Below are positions 36,501 to 40,863 of a DNA stretch of 40,863 bases, piece by piece; position 1 is the first letter of the stretch, and every line of letters begins with the position of its first letter. The stretch spans positions 1 through 40,863 of the forward strand of contig NW_026250464.1 in NCBI RefSeq assembly GCF_024521635.1. The letters run 5' to 3'. The notes under the pieces were generated by a model that saw only the letters and a program-made list of their open reading frames with translations, had not been told where the DNA came from and did no database searches. The translations under genes were made by a program, and so were the position numbers. The DNA comes from Tricharina praecox (lineage: Eukaryota).

Positions 36501-37919
36501 TCGTATCTGAATATTCCTTCCATTCAACATTACCAAGTCTCCAACTTGATCAGCTGGTGCCTCCTGACGGTGAGCGTCAGTATACTTGCACATTCGTTCC
36601 AGGGCTTTCGCAAGGGATTTTGGGTTTCCTAGTGAATGGTGTGCATCCTGTGCGCATTGGTGATGTTGGCAGAGTTGAGCGTTTTGACTGCTGCAGGATT
36701 GGTGGCCGTAGGGTGGAAACCGTAGTTCGCATAGAAGGGCGTGATTCCAGCAGCCGGAGTAGTGTAGTTGTTATATGGTAACTCTGCCAATTGGTAGCAG
36801 GCGGACCCAGCCGTCTTGCGTGTGGTTCACACAGCAGTGTATGTAAGCTTTAATGGTTTGATTCACGTGTTCGGTTTCTCCATCGCTCTGGCGATGAAAT
36901 TCTGTTGATATGCGGGGCCGGATCCACAACAGCTCGATGAACTGCTCACAGGTTCCTGATGTGAACCGGCGTCCACTTTCACTCTTTCTGCTTGCCCAAT
37001 GTCACATACCCATGGAATTCGACACGGTTTGTTGACCACACGCATTTATCCACGTAGATTGCCAGCTTGTGCTCCTCTAGCCGCTGCAATACCGCGGTGA
37101 CTGTACGGCCATGCTCCTCTTGTGTTGCAGCATACATAAGAAGGTCATCACTGTGCGCAACGAGGCCGACGTCCACCATGTCGCGGAAGATGTTGTTGAT
37201 CATGTCCTGGAAGGTTGCTGGTGCGTTGGTCAGCTTAAAGGGCATTAAAAAAAATTCAAACAGACCGTAACGACATCGGAACGCAGTCTTTCATTTATTG
37301 CCTTCCATGATGCGGACCAAATGGTACCCATTGTTCAAGTCAATTTTTGTGAACACTCTCGGCTCCTAGTACACCGGCTTGCAACTCGGCCATGATGGGG
37401 ACTGGGTAGCCGTTAGCAACCGTTATCTTATTGATCCGGCGATAGTCTAGGCACAGAAAGAGCGCTCTCCCATCTGCCCTGGGTACACACAGGCTGGGTG
37501 CGCCTGCACAGGACTTTGCATGGAGGATCTTGCAGGTTCTGAGCATTCATTTGAGCAACTGCCTGAGGGCCTAAACTGTTTTCACAGAGGGGGTGTAGAT
37601 CAAGCCCAACAGCAGCACTCTTTCTTCTTTCAGACCGATTGCTGGATCATAGGGCTTGTGATCCGGCAATTTCTCGGCAGCTTCCTGTCCCGTGAAGCCA
37701 GTAAATTGTCTGAATTTCTGAGGTGACACGACCAGTGGGTCTTCCGAAGTTGCGTCTGTTGAGACACTGCCGATAATGCGAGCTTCGGAGTGGTGAACAA
37801 TAGAGGTGTGAAGTTTAACCGGCAACCCCATTGCTTGGTGCAGCGTACATGGTTCCTTGCTCCTTGTGCTGTGAAATCGAATGCTGCTGCCTTTGTTGAT
37901 CCACATCCCGGACGGTTGA

Positions 37920-38661
37920 TGTGAGACTGGAATGATTTCGGTCGTCGGAGTCGATTGATAGAATAAGATAAAGATGAGGAGAGATACTATTCTTTTCTTT
38001 CACAAACGGAATAATCTTAAGGGGTAGTGTGGATGGTTTTCTTGCTGCTGATTCCGATGATGAATCTTTCGCCGTGTCGTCGGAAGTCTATATAGTTGGG
38101 TGAATTGGTCGATTCACGTGGCAGCCGCTGCCGTAGGTTGCTGGGGCATTGAAACCCCGGCGTGCAATCTCCGCACTTGGTGCGGAGACTTTCTCCGCCA
38201 TGACATCAGAGTCGCCGTAAGCCTTCAGGATAGTTTATACAAACTACGCAGGTTTGGCGTACCAACCCTTACCCGAGCATACTCCGGTTTCAGCTATCTC
38301 TTCGCTGGGCAACGGCTGCGCCATTCGGCACGGCTGTTATTTGTTTAAGACGCGAGAAGAGGGGCAACACTTGTCATAGTGGTTTTTCTCTGAACAGAGT
38401 TTTCTCTGCGCTTGCTCGTGATTTGGCTGCCTCATGTCAAGCATGACTGTATCGGACCTTAGTGCGTATTGCTGCGCGTCTGATCCCACCTAGACACTGG
38501 TCCCGTTTGCTTGCTTCCTTCCTATCTTGTCTCTGACAAGCTACGACTAATCTCAAGCTTCCTTTCTCCTGCTCTCCGATCTTATCTAACCATTTTCCCC
38601 AAACTTCGCTTGGTAAGAGGTCGGACCCCGAAGTCGGGCCGACTACAACCAGGGTGTCACA
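37920..38661 (-). mobile_element. LTR (family B-related, ~742 bp), no TSD
   Basis: TGTGAGACTGG...AGGGTGTCACA ends. Shares ACGGAATAATCTTAAGGG and CCGTTTGCTT..CCTTCCTATCTTGTC with the 35397-36500 LTR. Confidence 0.8.
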
Positions 38662-40863
38662 CCGAACCTGAGAAAAACGAACTGGATTCGAGAAGACGGA
38701 CAACCCCTACGTCCGTGCCCAAGCCAAGAAACGGAAACCGACCGATAGTGGAGATGATGTTACACTGGGGCAACAAACAACAATGCACAATGCGAGTGTT
38801 ACTAGACACTGGCTGTTCTACCCCCCTCCTGGACTCCTCCCTATCGTCACGGTTACAGATTCCCTGGCAGAAACAGGAACAAGCCGTCAGCTTGCGTGGC
38901 TTCACCGGCGAACCCATCAAAGAAGGCGGCCAATATTATACAATGCCCCTTCTCCTCCAACACCGGAACCACTACTCCGAAGAAGTCTTCGAGATGACCT
39001 CCCTCGAACGTGGAGTGGACCTGTTCCTCCCCTTCTGATGAATAGCGAAGCACGCCCCACAAGGTGCTTGGGACACCCCTGAACTCAGCTTCAACAGCCC
39101 CTCCTGTTTAAAGAACTGCACTAAACACGCAGTAACGGAGTTTCCCCTAAGCTATGACCCGTGGATTACAAACACTCCGGACGCCAGGGTATTGGATACG
39201 TCACGGCCGTTGAGCTGGCGACGGACCCCTTGGAACACGTACCAGCAGAGTTCCGCGACTTTCTTGATATCATGAGAAAAGAAGCCGCAGATGCACTTCC
39301 GGAACACCGCTTTTACGGCCACGAGATCCGGCTCAAGGAAGATACCACACCTCCTTGGGGTCCGGTCTATGCCCTCTCGGAAGCAGAGCTCGAAGCCCAC
39401 CGAGAATGGTTGAAGGACATGCCAAGGACCAGAGAGATACGTCGGTCCACTTCCAGCGCGGGAGCCCCGATTCTCTTCGTCCCGAAAGCCCACGGATGTG
39501 GTCTACGCCTTTGCGTCGACTATCGAAGACTCAACCGCGTCATTATCGCCAATCGATACCCATTCCCACTCAGGTCTGAACTACAAGACAGGATCCGTGG
39601 AGCAGAGTACTTCACCAAGATTGACCTGAACAATGGTTATCACCTGGTACGCATGAAGGAAGGAGACGAGTGGAAGACAGCATTCCGATCACGTTATGGC
39701 CTCTAGGAATTTCTCGTTATGCCGTTTGGGCTGTCCAACGCTGCTGCTACCTTCCAGGACATCATGAATCATATCTTTCGGTATATGATTGATCTCGGCC
39801 TTGTTACCTATATTGACGACCTTCTCATCTACGCCTCTACTAGGGCGGAGAATGATGAAATAGTCAAAGAAGTCCTGCGACGTCTGACAGCTAAAAACTG
39901 GCCGTATCAGCGAAAAAATGCGAGTGGAGGAAGCATGACGTGGAATTTCTCGGTTATGTAGTTAGCCGAGAAGTAATCAAGATGGCAGGAGACAAAGTGG
40001 AAAGTCTGCTTGAGTGGGCAGTACCCCGGCCCCAGCGAAACGTTGAATCCTTTCTGGGCTTTGCTAACTTCTATCGCCGCTTTATCAAGGACTACGCAAG
40101 GGTCGCGCGCCCGTTGACGGAGTCTACGAAAGGTGATGAGAAGATTTGGGAATGGACGCCCGACAGAGACTACGAACAGATTAGCCGAAAGGCCGGGATA
40201 CTCAGGGTGGAAGATGTATGTGTTTATCGGAAGGAGAAGTTGTGGATACCGAACAACAAAGGCCTGATCCAGCAGGTCCTGGGGTCAGAGCACGATACCA
40301 AAGTCGCCGGCCATATGGGCCAGGACACAACGATCGAGTTGATTCGACGCAACTTTTGGTGGCCAACAATGGATGAAGCCATCATCGACTTGGTGCGTGG
40401 CTGTCCTGAACGTCAAAAAAAAAAGACAGCGCGACACCAACCCTATGGACTCCTAAACCCCCTCTAACTCCCTTACGCTCCATGGCAATCCATCGCTATG
40501 GACTTCATCACCGATCTACCCAAGTCCGAGGAATGCGACCAACTCTGGGTAGTCATCGACCGGTTCACTAAGATGGCGCATTTCATTCCCCTACGAAAGG
40601 ACAGCAAGATGGCCAGCGACCTCGCGATGATCTTCGCCCGCGAAATCTGGCGCTTCCACGGCCTACCCTCCGATATCCTATCGGACAGGGATTAACGCTT
40701 CACGTCGGATATGTGGAAGGAATTTATTTAGCTTTTAGGCATCAAGGCAAGGATGTCTACGGCGTTCCACCCCCAAACAGACGGACAAACAGAACGCCTC
40801 AATCAGATCATCGAAGCTTACCTCCGCTCCATCGTCAACAACGACCAAGACGACTGGGTTAGC
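38662..40863 (+). pseudogene. pol: Degenerate Gypsy pol (protease, RT, integrase; RNase H deleted), runs off the window
   Basis: VLLDTGCS, LCVDYRRLN, MPFGLSNA, YIDD, H....GH.G, MDFITDLP, SDRD. In-frame stops at 39036, 39704, 40465 and 40693. WEWTP jumps to the integrase linker at ~40160. Confidence 0.92.

Larger units (their letters stand above)
34311..37919 (-). mobile_element. Degenerate Gypsy chromovirus (family B): 3' LTR 34311-35027, PPT, chromodomain, integrase and RT remnants
   Basis: PPT-like GAGGCAAGGTGG before TGTGACACCC. Chromodomain EEYDVDEVVSS..YLVYW..WTHEP (35190-35320). RT MPFKLTNAPATFQ..HSDDLL (36979-37245) and LCLDYRRINK. Many stops and deletions. Confidence 0.88.

Overview
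Fungal genomic DNA, most likely a filamentous ascomycete; the ITS and repeat landscape look Pezizomycete-like (inference). The left ~19 kb holds four genes: a small secreted Cys-rich protein, an intact 804-aa ORF, a PTH11-like membrane protein and an acidic-repeat/ankyrin/RGG protein. It also holds hAT-type MITEs, a LINE remnant and a diverged 1.3-kb tandem duplication. The 804-aa ORF is the standout. It is a DIRS/Ngaro-type reverse transcriptase with intact catalytic aspartates, an RNase H fold with all four catalytic acidic positions substituted, and a long Lys-rich tail. It has no Gag, recombinase or terminal repeats, so it is a candidate domesticated cellular RT. From 20.5 to 34.3 kb lies a single isolated, decaying rDNA unit (18S-ITS1-5.8S-ITS2-28S-IGS, with a linked 5S on the opposite strand). 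Its 18S gene is interrupted by a 5.6-kb Ty3/Gypsy chromovirus (510-bp LTRs, TSD GTCGG), and two more LTRs of that family sit at its edges. The right end is a nest of degenerate Gypsy elements that includes a 409-bp TRIM-like miniature LTR element.
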